Source: Flavobacteriales bacterium UBA4110
Lineage (GTDB): Bacteria; Bacteroidota; Bacteroidia; Flavobacteriales; Weeksellaceae
DNA length: 64,000 nucleotides
Assembly (NCBI GenBank): GCA_002383165.1
Contig: DFXK01000007.1
Location: forward strand, 34,403-98,402
Direction of reading: 5' to 3'
Position 1 is the first letter of the stretch. Each line of letters opens with the position of its first letter. Below are positions 20,446-29,239 of this stretch, piece by piece. The notes beneath the pieces are model-generated. The model ran no database searches. It saw only the letters and a program-made list of their open reading frames with translations, and had not been told where the DNA came from. The position numbers were made by a program, and so were the translations under genes.

Positions 20446-20924
20446 TAGTCTACTTTTTTCAGTTGGATGGTCTTTAAATTCTTCACATATCTTCTTCCTG
20501 TTGCAAAATCAGTGGGTGATAAAGTAGAAATCCCGTCATTCGGTCGGTCTTTTGCGTCAGTAATAATTAATGCAGTATCTCCGACTGCTGTATTAAAAAT
20601 CTCATTCCACGAAAAAACGACTTTGTAATTATCTTCTGCGATACAAACGATATAATATTCGCTTAGAACTTTGGGCGATTTTTCTTTAAAAGAAACTTTA
20701 GATAAAACATCTCTTAACAAAACTCCATTGGCATTTTCGAGGGTTGATTTATATTCCTTTAAATGGTTTGTTATTTTAAGACTTTTAATAGTATGTTTCT
20801 GAAATGCTTTTAGATCATCTAAGGTGATTACTTTTTTCTCATTATCAGAATTGATAATTTCAAAACTTTGTCCAAAAGACAAAATTGAAGCAAAAAAGAA
20901 GAGTATTACCGTTAAATTTTTCAT
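20445..20924 (-). CDS. Secreted hypothetical protein inside the moa operon
   Basis: 159 aa with a signal peptide (ILFFFASILSFGQS). Weak resemblance to small molybdopterin-oxidoreductase-like domains, not assignable. Confidence 0.4.
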   Translation of the reverse strand: MKNLTVILFFFASILSFGQSFEIINSDNEKKVITLDDLKAFQKHTIKSLKITNHLKEYKSTLENANGVLLRDVLSKVSFKEKSPKVLSEYYIVCIAEDNYKVVFSWNEIFNTAVGDTALIITDAKDRPNDGISTLSPTDFATGRRYVKNLKTIQLKKVD

Positions 20925-20927
20925 ATT

Positions 20928-21656
20928 CTAAATGATTATTAATTTATATGCAGCCATCAGTAAAACGACTGCTAAGACATATTTGATTCCATTTTGGTTG
21001 AGTTTGGAAGACGCAAGATAAGAACCCAATAATCCACCTGCAAATGCGCAAACGACGTACATCCACATATCATTGGTAAAAGAAATTTCTTTTGTAAGCA
21101 TTCCGCCCAATCCCGAAACCGAATTGACAAAGATAAATGCCGCGCTGATGGCTGCCGTTTGTTTTTGGTTGGTCCACTTTAATAAGATCAGAACCGGTGA
21201 CAATAAAATTCCACCTCCAATGCCAATCATTCCTGAAAATAATCCAATTACACCTCCAAAAATCAATGATAAATAGAGATTAGGTTCTTTCAAATCTTTA
21301 TCATCAGGACTTTTGAAAAAGAAAAAGCGAAATACTGGAAACAGTAATAGAACGCCCAAAATTCTTTTATATAAAACATCTTCGATATGAATCATTCCGC
21401 CCACAAAAGCGAGTGGAATAGAGGCGATAGCAATGGGAAGAAAGATACGGAGCTTAAAATGTCCTCCTCTGTAATATTGCATAAAAGACGTCATCGAAAC
21501 AAAAAGATTGAGTACCAAAGCAGTTGGTTTCATCTCTTTCGGAGCAACGCCATAAAGAGCCATCAAAGCAAGGTAACCACTTGCACCGCCGTGCCCTACA
21601 GCAGCATACAGAGCTGCTATAACGAATAAAATGATATAAAAAACTTCTACATTCAT
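20928..21656 (-). CDS. TauE/SafE-family anion exporter-like membrane protein
   Basis: 242 aa, multi-TM, with VGHGGASGYLALMALYG and a repeated GIGGGILL motif. Confidence 0.8.
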   Translation of the reverse strand: MNVEVFYIILFVIAALYAAVGHGGASGYLALMALYGVAPKEMKPTALVLNLFVSMTSFMQYYRGGHFKLRIFLPIAIASIPLAFVGGMIHIEDVLYKRILGVLLLFPVFRFFFFKSPDDKDLKEPNLYLSLIFGGVIGLFSGMIGIGGGILLSPVLILLKWTNQKQTAAISAAFIFVNSVSGLGGMLTKEISFTNDMWMYVVCAFAGGLLGSYLASSKLNQNGIKYVLAVVLLMAAYKLIII

Positions 21657-22831
21657 TACTTTAAAATTATAATTTCAACCACTTCATCTTTTTCACATCC
21701 CTCGGATTCCTCACTTAAAATAATCAGGCAGTTTGCCTCTGCAAAACTTTGGAGCTTGTAAGATTCCTGAGCGTGAAGCGGAGAAACTTTTCCATCTTTG
21801 TAAATTGCCTTGAGGAAATGCGTAAGGCCTTTCTTTTTCTTATAGGTTGAAGTAACAGTAGCTGTTGTTGTATTTGTAATCGCAGGCTTTTTTGTTAATT
21901 CTGAAAGAAGCGGTGCGACATAAAGATAAAAACAGGTGAGAGCCGAAGATGGATTCCCCGGCAGTCCAAAAACTAATTTTTCTCCTTTTGTTCCAAAGTA
22001 AAGTGGTTTTCCCGGCTTCTGTTTTATTTTATGGAATTGTTGCTGGATCTCACATATTTTTGTGGCTTCAATAACAAAGTCATAATCGCCTACACTTACA
22101 CCGCCAACCAACAATACAATATCCGTTTTTGAAACAGCAGATTCCAGAACTTTTTGTATTTCTTCAGGGTTATCTTTTACCCAAAAAGTATCAATCTTCT
22201 GAATTCCTGATTGTCGTAAAACACTTTCTAATTGTATGGTATTGGATTCAAATATTTGCCCGAATTCCAAAGTTTCTCCAGGTTTCTTTAATTCATTTCC
22301 GGTTAAAATCAGAGATACACTTGACGGAGCATACACTTTCACTTTCGTGCATCCGATGCCTGCCAAATATCCAATGGCTGCGGCTGAAAGATAGCTGTCT
22401 GAGCTTATTGCAACGGTATTAATTTTTGCGTCACTGCCGATGGGTCTTACATTCAGCCCTTCTTCCAGCTCTCTTTCTTCTATAATTAATTTGTTATTTT
22501 CAACAATCACTTTTTCCTGCATTACCACAGTATCCGCTCCGAAAGGTAGAGGTGCGCCTGTGAAAATACGATAGGCGGTTCCTTTTTCAAGTTGAAATTG
22601 CTCGGTACATCCTGCAGGAATTTCACCAACAATTTTCAAAGGTTGATTTCTATCCTGAAAACGAATTGCATAGCCATCCATAGAGGATTGTAAGAAATTT
22701 GGAATGTTGTATTTTGAATAAATATCTTCGGAGGTGGTGTATCCGAAGGCTTCTTTTAAAGGAAGAATTTGTTGTTTTTTTTGCGGAATATTTTGCTTGA
22801 TGATTTCCTGAGCTTCTTTTACGCTAATCAT
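21656..22831 (-). CDS. moeA: Molybdopterin molybdotransferase MoeA
   Basis: 391 aa with a MoeA pattern (SMDGYA..., TGAPLP..ADTVVMQE, LVGGVSVGDYD, GLPGNPSSA). Confidence 0.85.
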   Translation of the reverse strand: MISVKEAQEIIKQNIPQKKQQILPLKEAFGYTTSEDIYSKYNIPNFLQSSMDGYAIRFQDRNQPLKIVGEIPAGCTEQFQLEKGTAYRIFTGAPLPFGADTVVMQEKVIVENNKLIIEERELEEGLNVRPIGSDAKINTVAISSDSYLSAAAIGYLAGIGCTKVKVYAPSSVSLILTGNELKKPGETLEFGQIFESNTIQLESVLRQSGIQKIDTFWVKDNPEEIQKVLESAVSKTDIVLLVGGVSVGDYDFVIEATKICEIQQQFHKIKQKPGKPLYFGTKGEKLVFGLPGNPSSALTCFYLYVAPLLSELTKKPAITNTTTATVTSTYKKKKGLTHFLKAIYKDGKVSPLHAQESYKLQSFAEANCLIILSEESEGCEKDEVVEIIILK

Positions 22832-23424
22832 TTATTAAATTTTAAATTATCATAATCCGAAGGGGTATCAATGTCGATTGCCCCTTTTTCAAATTCAAAA
22901 ATAGCGACATCATCACTATTTTGAAGGATTATTTTTTTTGCACCCTGTTCTCCCTCTAGCTGAATCAACTCTTCAAAATATTTTTTCGAGAATAAAGCCG
23001 GAACACCTAATGTTTCTGCATATTTTGCCACGACAATTTCTTTTGCTGAGTTTTCAAAAATCTTCATCATATCAACAAAAATTTCATTGTTGAGGTAGGG
23101 TTGGTCACAAACAGAAATGAAACATTTTTGCATTTCCGGGAATTTTGACAACAACGTTTTTACACCCAAATTGATGGAAGACGCCATTCCGGATTTCCAA
23201 TTTGTATTGATGCAGATTGAAATATTTTTATCTTGAATTGATGATTCTATTTTTTCGTGTTCCGAACCTAAAACAAGGATGATATTTTCTTTTTCAAAGA
23301 CATTCAAAGAAGTATCGATGATTTTCTCGAGCAATGTTTTTCCTTCAAACAATAGCAATTGTTTAGGAGAGCCCAGTCTTGAAGAACATCCGGCTGCGAG
23401 TAATATGATGCCTGTATTTTTCAT
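22828..23424 (-). CDS. mocA: MobA/MocA-like molybdenum cofactor nucleotidyltransferase
   Basis: GIILLAAGCSSRLGSPKQLL N-terminal motif. Context with xdhC and XDH-family enzymes favours a cytidylyltransferase (MCD). Confidence 0.65.
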   Translation of the reverse strand: MKNTGIILLAAGCSSRLGSPKQLLLFEGKTLLEKIIDTSLNVFEKENIILVLGSEHEKIESSIQDKNISICINTNWKSGMASSINLGVKTLLSKFPEMQKCFISVCDQPYLNNEIFVDMMKIFENSAKEIVVAKYAETLGVPALFSKKYFEELIQLEGEQGAKKIILQNSDDVAIFEFEKGAIDIDTPSDYDNLKFNK

Positions 23425-24404
23425 TATCCTCCGATATTTATCATGCTCCTGTTTTGGATAACGGATGCTTCAATATTTTCAAATTTTTCATTGAGCTGTC
23501 CACCCTGAGTTTTTGCCTTTGACCAAATTGCCGATTGAATAATCGGTAAAATATCCTGATTTTCTCTCAAAGGGGTAAGCAAATCGGTTTCCTTTTTAGA
23601 AAAGAGACAGTTTTTCAATTTTCCGTCTGCTGTCAATCTAATTCTGTTGCATCCACTGCAAAAAGGCTCGCTCATGGTACTAATGATGGCAAAATTCCCC
23701 TGATGTCCTGAAACGGAAAAACTTTTTGCAGTATCGTGAATTCCCATTGGAAGAGGTTTGAAGTCATATCTAGTGGCTATGATTTCTAAAATTTCTTTTT
23801 GAGTCATCACCTGATTACTTGTCCATCGGTTTCCTGTAAAAGGCATAAATTCAATAAAACGAACTTCGACCTTGTTATTTTTTGTAAATTCTATAAAATC
23901 ACAAATCTCATCATCATTAATTCCCTTCATCAAAACGACATTGATTTTCGTTTTAATATTATGGATTAATAAAAGGTCAATATTGCTCATTACGCGGTCG
24001 AAATAATTTCTGCGAGTGATCTTTAGAAACTTATCTGAATGAAGTGTATCTAAACTGATATTGATGCTGTGAAAATCTGCATGAACAATATCGGGAAGCA
24101 TATCATCGATACGAATTCCATTAGTTGTACAAGTAAGTTGCACAGGTAATTTGCCCAAATTATGAATGATTTTAGCAGCATCTTTTCTTACAAAAGGTTC
24201 GCCTCCCGTAAGCCTGATTTTGTTCACTCCGTGTTGCACCAATAATTTTGCCAACGTATCAATTTCCTCCACCTGCATCAATTTAGAGTGAGGTGTAAAG
24301 TCATAATTTTCCTCGGGCATACAATAGAAACAACGCAGATTACAGTTGTCTGTGAGTGATATCCTGAGATAGTTATGGGTTCTTCCAAATTGGTCTGTAA
24401 GCAT
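23424..24404 (-). CDS. moaA: GTP 3',8-cyclase MoaA (radical SAM)
   Basis: CNLRCFYCMPEE radical-SAM cluster, a C-terminal CSGCNRIRLTADGKLKNCLF cluster, and the final GG. Confidence 0.9.
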   Translation of the reverse strand: MLTDQFGRTHNYLRISLTDNCNLRCFYCMPEENYDFTPHSKLMQVEEIDTLAKLLVQHGVNKIRLTGGEPFVRKDAAKIIHNLGKLPVQLTCTTNGIRIDDMLPDIVHADFHSINISLDTLHSDKFLKITRRNYFDRVMSNIDLLLIHNIKTKINVVLMKGINDDEICDFIEFTKNNKVEVRFIEFMPFTGNRWTSNQVMTQKEILEIIATRYDFKPLPMGIHDTAKSFSVSGHQGNFAIISTMSEPFCSGCNRIRLTADGKLKNCLFSKKETDLLTPLRENQDILPIIQSAIWSKAKTQGGQLNEKFENIEASVIQNRSMINIGG

Positions 24405-24407
24405 AAT

Positions 24408-25544
24408 TTATTTATAAATACTGACCGTGTCAGTATGGATTTTTTCTTTTTTGTCCCGAAGTGATGTACCGTTTTTTCCACTAAGCACCGCTTTGATTTC
24501 GGCTGTGATAGAAATAGCAATTTCCTCGGATGTTTCTGCACCAATATCCATTCCAACCGGTCCGTAGAGTTTGTTTAAGATGTCTTCTGTGACCATTATG
24601 TTAGAATTTTTAAGGTCTTCCAGCATTCTGTTAAGCTTCGTTTTCGGACCTAAAAGCCCGATATATTTCAAAGGTTTGTCGATGATTAATTTTAAAAGTT
24701 CAAGGTCATAATTATAATTATGGGTCATCAGGACAAAAACAGTATTTTCATCGATTTCAATTGTATTGATAATTTCTTCAGGTTTGACAATGAAAACATC
24801 ATCAGCATTCGGAAACCTGTTTTTGATTGCATGTGTTGCTCTTCCGTCTGCAACCACTATTTTCCAGCCTAAAATAAATGCAGTTTCTACCAAAGGTTTG
24901 GCATCATTTCCTGCTCCGGCAATAACCAATACGATTTGTGGCAGATTGTAATTCAGTAAGATTTCGCATTCGTTACCCTCAACTTCAACTTTACTGAGAG
25001 TACTTTTTTTACTGATTAAAGCTGTTTTTGCTGATTCAGTAATTTCATTTTTGACAGAGTTAACAGAAGAAAATAATGCAATTGTTTCATCGGTTAAAAA
25101 TCCCACTGTCCCCATTTGGAAATTTCTTTTTTCAATGGAAAATAAAGTTGTAATTATTGAATCATTTCTTTTTTCAACAGCTTTTTCTAAAAGTTGAATT
25201 GGATTTTCTGAAGAATTTTCATCAATATATTCAAATAAAATATGTACAATACCATTGCAACCCAACTGCACACCAAATTCTACATCATCAGGATTACTGG
25301 TATCATAAGTGATCAATTTATTGCTTTTTTGATGAATAGCCAAAATAGCTTTACGCAAAGCATCACCTTCCAGGCAACCACCGCTGATAGCACCCGTTAG
25401 CTGACCATCTTCTGTGACCAACATTCTTGCACCGGCCTGCCTGTAAGAAGAACCTTCAACTTTCACAACGGTTGCCAAAGCAGTTTTTAAACCATCGTTT
25501 TGAGCTTTTTTGTAGGCTATGATGATATCATTGATTTCTTTCAT
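24408..25544 (-). CDS. xdhC: XdhC/CoxI-family molybdoenzyme maturation factor
   Basis: 378 aa. N-terminal XdhC_CoxI pattern (ATVVKVEGSSYRQAGARMLV...GAISGGCLE) and a C-terminal Rossmann fold (VIAGAGNDAKPL). Confidence 0.8.
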   Translation of the reverse strand: MKEINDIIIAYKKAQNDGLKTALATVVKVEGSSYRQAGARMLVTEDGQLTGAISGGCLEGDALRKAILAIHQKSNKLITYDTSNPDDVEFGVQLGCNGIVHILFEYIDENSSENPIQLLEKAVEKRNDSIITTLFSIEKRNFQMGTVGFLTDETIALFSSVNSVKNEITESAKTALISKKSTLSKVEVEGNECEILLNYNLPQIVLVIAGAGNDAKPLVETAFILGWKIVVADGRATHAIKNRFPNADDVFIVKPEEIINTIEIDENTVFVLMTHNYNYDLELLKLIIDKPLKYIGLLGPKTKLNRMLEDLKNSNIMVTEDILNKLYGPVGMDIGAETSEEIAISITAEIKAVLSGKNGTSLRDKKEKIHTDTVSIYK

Positions 25545-25765
25545 TGCGTAAATATTGTGCTTTAAAAAAGGTTGTTCATTTTAAGATATTATACGAGAAT
25601 TGTATCAAATTTATGGAATTTATACCTTTTATTTACTTGAATTTCCATAAACAGTAATATTGGTATGAAAAACCGTAATTTAGTTAATGGGAAAATTTTT
25701 CGATTTAGCCATATTTGTTGTATATCTAATTTACAATAAAACTACAACGTAAAAAATAATCTGTA

Positions 25766-25977
25766 TGCAAAGTTAAATATCAATTATAAAGAATATTCAT
25801 TAGATATCGACCCATCGACACCCTTATTGTGGGTTCTTCGTGATCATCTGAATTTAGTGGGTACTAAATATGGTTGCGGAGTTGCTGCTTGTGGTGCTTG
25901 TGTTGTTCATATGGATGGAGAGGCGGTACGTTCTTGTGTGACTAAAATACAAAGGGCGGTAGGAAAGAAAATTGATT
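25766..25977 (+). pseudogene. IorA-like (2Fe-2S) small subunit, N-terminal fragment
   Basis: [69 protein letters not shown], then homology breaks. No clean ATG in frame. Confidence 0.7.
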
Positions 25978-25982
25978 TCCCT

Positions 25983-26087
25983 TAGCAATACAGCCGCCGA
26001 CATGATCTGTCCGGAATGACAATAGCCGCATTGTGGGACATCAACTTCTTTCCACGCTTTTTGCAATGGATGATTTCCATCTTCCGA
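25983..26087 (-). pseudogene. Inverted internal fragment of the same or a similar iorA-like gene
   Basis: The minus strand reads [35 protein letters not shown]. This is the second Fe-S motif region of IorA-type subunits, in opposite orientation to the N-terminal fragment. Confidence 0.65.
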
Positions 26088-26948
26088 ACGGTTTCGGTGT
26101 TGGGAAGAAGCCAAAGTACGTTTCAAAATTACTCCAGACACGTCGCTGCGGTGTCGCTACATTTCGGGAAAATTCCTACAGAATTGGATCCCGAGCAAAT
26201 TCACGATTACCTTTTTTACCTTCAGAAAAAATCTAAATCTCCATCACAATCGTATTTTAAACACACCGTTTACGGACTTCGATTTTTACTGAAATCGGAA
26301 GGTTTAAGCTACGATTTTCTGAGTCTTCCGGAAATTAAAAAAGAGAAAAAACTGCCTGTAGTGCTTAGTAAACAGGAGGTTTGGCAGATGTTGTCCGGCT
26401 GTAAACTTTTAAAGCATAAAGTCCTAATCGGGATTCTTTACGGTTGCGAATTGCGCTGTATGGAGGTTAGAAATCTCCGTTTATGCGACTTAGATTTTGA
26501 TAGAAAACAGTTGAAAGTGGTTCAGGGAAAAGGCAAAAAAGACCGTTATTTGCCACTTTCCGATCATTTGATTCGGGGACTCAAAAAGTATATCGAAGCT
26601 GAAAAACCAGAAGATTATCTCTTTGGAATGCCACGAGAAGGAAGAGCTGGCGCTTCGACTTCGCTCAGCACAGGCTTCGATTCCAGATATTCGCAACGAG
26701 GCGTTCAGTGGGTGGTAAAACAGGCATCAAGAGCAGCAAAAATCTTGAAAGAAGTGAGTGTTCATACGCTTCGTCACAGTTTTGCCACGCATCTTCTTGA
26801 AGATGGGATGGATATTTTAAGCATCGAAAATCTCCTCGGCCACGAAAGTATTGATAGGACGTTGATTTATCTCCAAATTGCACAACTTTCCACACAAAAA
26901 CTCTTTTCACCGCTCGATACCCTTTTTTCAGAATTTGGAAAAAAATGA
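26016..26948 (+). CDS. Tyrosine site-specific recombinase (native N-terminus probably lost)
   Basis: [16 protein letters not shown]...[15 protein letters not shown] (R..H..R/H..Y catalytic set). Recognisable homology starts at ~26088 ([15 protein letters not shown]). The first ~24 listed codons overlap the inverted iorA piece. Confidence 0.75.
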   Translation: MTIAALWDINFFPRFLQWMISIFRTVSVLGRSQSTFQNYSRHVAAVSLHFGKIPTELDPEQIHDYLFYLQKKSKSPSQSYFKHTVYGLRFLLKSEGLSYDFLSLPEIKKEKKLPVVLSKQEVWQMLSGCKLLKHKVLIGILYGCELRCMEVRNLRLCDLDFDRKQLKVVQGKGKKDRYLPLSDHLIRGLKKYIEAEKPEDYLFGMPREGRAGASTSLSTGFDSRYSQRGVQWVVKQASRAAKILKEVSVHTLRHSFATHLLEDGMDILSIENLLGHESIDRTLIYLQIAQLSTQKLFSPLDTLFSEFGKK

Positions 26949-28159
26949 GCGGTTTAAAAACCATAAAAAAACAGTCAGTTCAACCTCAATATCAACCTCA
27001 ATATGAAGTCACCGATGTTTTAAATATTTTAGGTTCAAAATTGGAAAATTTAGAACTTAATTCTTGGCAGTTAAGAACTTTATTTGCCTTAAAAAAGTGC
27101 AGAACTTCGGCTTTGGGCGGTCATATCGATGCTTGTGATGAATGTGGAAATGTAAGCATCAGTTACAACTCCTGCCGAAACCGTCACTGCCCAAAATGTC
27201 AGAGCAAAAACCGAGAGCAATGGATTGAAAATCGGGAAACCGAACTGCTTCCGGTACCTTATTTCCACGTGGTTTTTACGCTTCCTGATGTATTGAACAA
27301 AGCCGTACTTCACGAGCCCAAGATGTTGTATGATATATTGTTTGAATCGGCTTGGGAAACCCTTCAAACGTTTGGCAAAAACAAAAATCTCCAAATGGGA
27401 ATGATTGCTGTTTTGCACACTTGGGGACAGAATCTGAGTCTGCATCCGCATTTGCACTGCATTGTTCCGGGCGGTGGAGTGAATGAAAACGGAACTTGGC
27501 AAAACATTAGAACTGACGGTAAATTTTTGTTTCCGGTAAAGGCTTTAAGCAAAGTTTTCAGGGCTAAATTTTGTGAGAAACTGAAGCATCAATTATCATT
27601 AAAATTGAATGAAAATCAACGAGAAAAATTTACTGAAAATGAGGCTGGGAATTACGAAAAATTAAGGCAAAGTTTGTGGGAAAAGCCTTGGGTAGTTTAT
27701 TCTAAAAAGCCTTTTGGAAGCCCAAAATCGGTGGTGGAATATTTGGGTCGTTATTCCTACAAAATCGCGATCAGCAATCGGAGAATCAGAAAAATTGATG
27801 CTGAAAATGTAACGTTCGATTACAAAGATTACCGCCAAAAAGGCATCAAAAAGCAGATGGTTTTGAGACACGAGGAGTTTATCCGAAGATTTGCGATGCA
27901 TATTTTGCCCAAAAGATTTGTGAAAATCCGTCATTATGGTTTTTTGAGCAGCACCTGGAAGCGTATCAAACTTAAAAATCTGCAACAAAAATTAGGTATT
28001 CAAACCAAAGAAAAGCCCCTTCCTAAAGTTTTTCAGCCGAAATGTAGCTGTTGTAAAGTTGGAAACCTTGTCACAATTGCCACGTTCGATCTTCGAGGTC
28101 CGCCGCAATGGTTTTTGGAGATGAGCCGAAATTTACCTGTTCCTAAATCTGCATTTTAA
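26945..28159 (+). CDS. IS91-family transposase (zinc-binding + Y2 HUH domain)
   Basis: CDECGNVSISYNSCRNRHCPKCQ zinc domain, HPHLHCIVPGGG (HUH) and YLGRYSYKIAISNRRI (paired tyrosines). Confidence 0.85.
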   Translation: MSGLKTIKKQSVQPQYQPQYEVTDVLNILGSKLENLELNSWQLRTLFALKKCRTSALGGHIDACDECGNVSISYNSCRNRHCPKCQSKNREQWIENRETELLPVPYFHVVFTLPDVLNKAVLHEPKMLYDILFESAWETLQTFGKNKNLQMGMIAVLHTWGQNLSLHPHLHCIVPGGGVNENGTWQNIRTDGKFLFPVKALSKVFRAKFCEKLKHQLSLKLNENQREKFTENEAGNYEKLRQSLWEKPWVVYSKKPFGSPKSVVEYLGRYSYKIAISNRRIRKIDAENVTFDYKDYRQKGIKKQMVLRHEEFIRRFAMHILPKRFVKIRHYGFLSSTWKRIKLKNLQQKLGIQTKEKPLPKVFQPKCSCCKVGNLVTIATFDLRGPPQWFLEMSRNLPVPKSAF

Positions 28160-28326
28160 AGATTTGGGTAAGGGAAATTATACCCAATTAGATGGATTAC
28201 AGACTAAAAGCCACCACAATACGACCGATAAAAAAAAGAGAACAACCTGTTCTCTTGAAATATTCTCTAAAAATTTTACGATAAACCCATAGTGTTGAAA
28301 AAGCTCCCAAAGCTTCCGTTCAACAG

Positions 28327-28363
28327 GAGTTTCATTGTTGGCTCTTCGAGCCCAACGAAACTC
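28327..28363 (+). repeat. Terminal hairpin of the IS91-like element (candidate ori/ter end)
   Basis: GAGTTTC-ATT-GTTGG (28327-28341), 10-nt loop, CCAAC-GAAACTC (28352-28363): 12 paired bases with a 3-nt bulge. ADH homology begins 4 nt later. Confidence 0.55.
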
Positions 28364-28942
28364 TGGTTATTATGTGCAGGAATTACAGTTTATTCTCCAT
28401 TAAAACATTGGGGAGCTGGTCCCGGAAAGAAGGTTGGTATTTTGGCAATAGGAGGTCTTGGCCATATTGCAATAAAAATTGCAAAAGCTATGGGTGCTGA
28501 AGTTATTGTTTTCACTACTTCACCAGATAAAGTATCAGACGCTAAAAGACTCGGCGCTGATGAGGCTGTATTATCTTTCGATCAGGATGCGATGACCGCT
28601 TATGTGAATAAATTACACTTTATCATTGATACTGTTTCTGCGAAACATGACGTCAATGTTTTTCTTAACTTATTACGTCATGACGGAACAGTAGTGTTGG
28701 TTGGCTTGCCACCGCAACCATTAGAAATAGGAGCTTTTAATGTTGTTATGGGCCGTAAATCGTTCGCTGGATCTACTATTGGAGGTATTGCTGAAACTCA
28801 GGAAATGTTAGATTTTTGCTTTGAGCATAATATTGTAGCGGATAGTGAAATTATTAATATTCAAGATATTAATACTGCATTTGATCGTCTGGAAAGAGGT
28901 GATGTTAAGAATCGTTTTGTTATAGATATGGCTTCATTATAA
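28364..28942 (+). pseudogene. Zn-dependent (cinnamyl-type) alcohol dehydrogenase, 5'-truncated
   Basis: Only the C-terminal ~190 aa is present: LLCAGITVYSPLKHWGAGPGKKVGILAIGGLGHIAIKIAKAMGAEV... The catalytic N-terminal domain is missing. Confidence 0.8.
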
Positions 28943-29239
28943 AGTTAATTCGTAATTCATTTTTACAGGGTATGTCATTTTTGATGTACCCTTCTTAGTA
29001 ATTGTCCAATTTTCTTAGTTAAAGATAAATAAATAGTAATGTTGGAAAACTTTCATTTTGATAGTTAGATTTCTTTTAAAGCCATGCTTATTATAATTAT
29101 AAAAACCCTTAAACATATCGAGTAATCGATTGGCTAATAGTTGATATTTTATTTCTATTCTATTTTTTACGTAAGAAACTGTAATCTATCTTAATAATTT
29201 ATAGACATCATAAATTAATTTGGTTTTGAAAATAATTTT

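Larger units (their letters stand above)
26088..28366 (+). mobile_element. IS91-family element carrying a tyrosine recombinase and a Y2/HUH rolling-circle transposase
   Basis: Bounded on the left by the broken iorA pieces and on the right by the truncated ADH. The two genes overlap by ATGA. A terminal hairpin lies at 28327-28363. Confidence 0.65.

Noticed and set aside
24278-24556. 92-aa minus-strand ORF spanning the xdhC/moaA junction.
   Set aside because: It is out of frame with both well-supported genes and covers their 3-nt intergenic gap, so it is a shadow ORF.
26033-26236. Alternative-frame ORF ([15 protein letters not shown]...) as the true N-terminus of the tyrosine recombinase.
   Set aside because: Its sequence does not resemble recombinase N-terminal SAM-like domains. 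The 26016 frame gives the typical ...[15 protein letters not shown]... pattern from ~26088.
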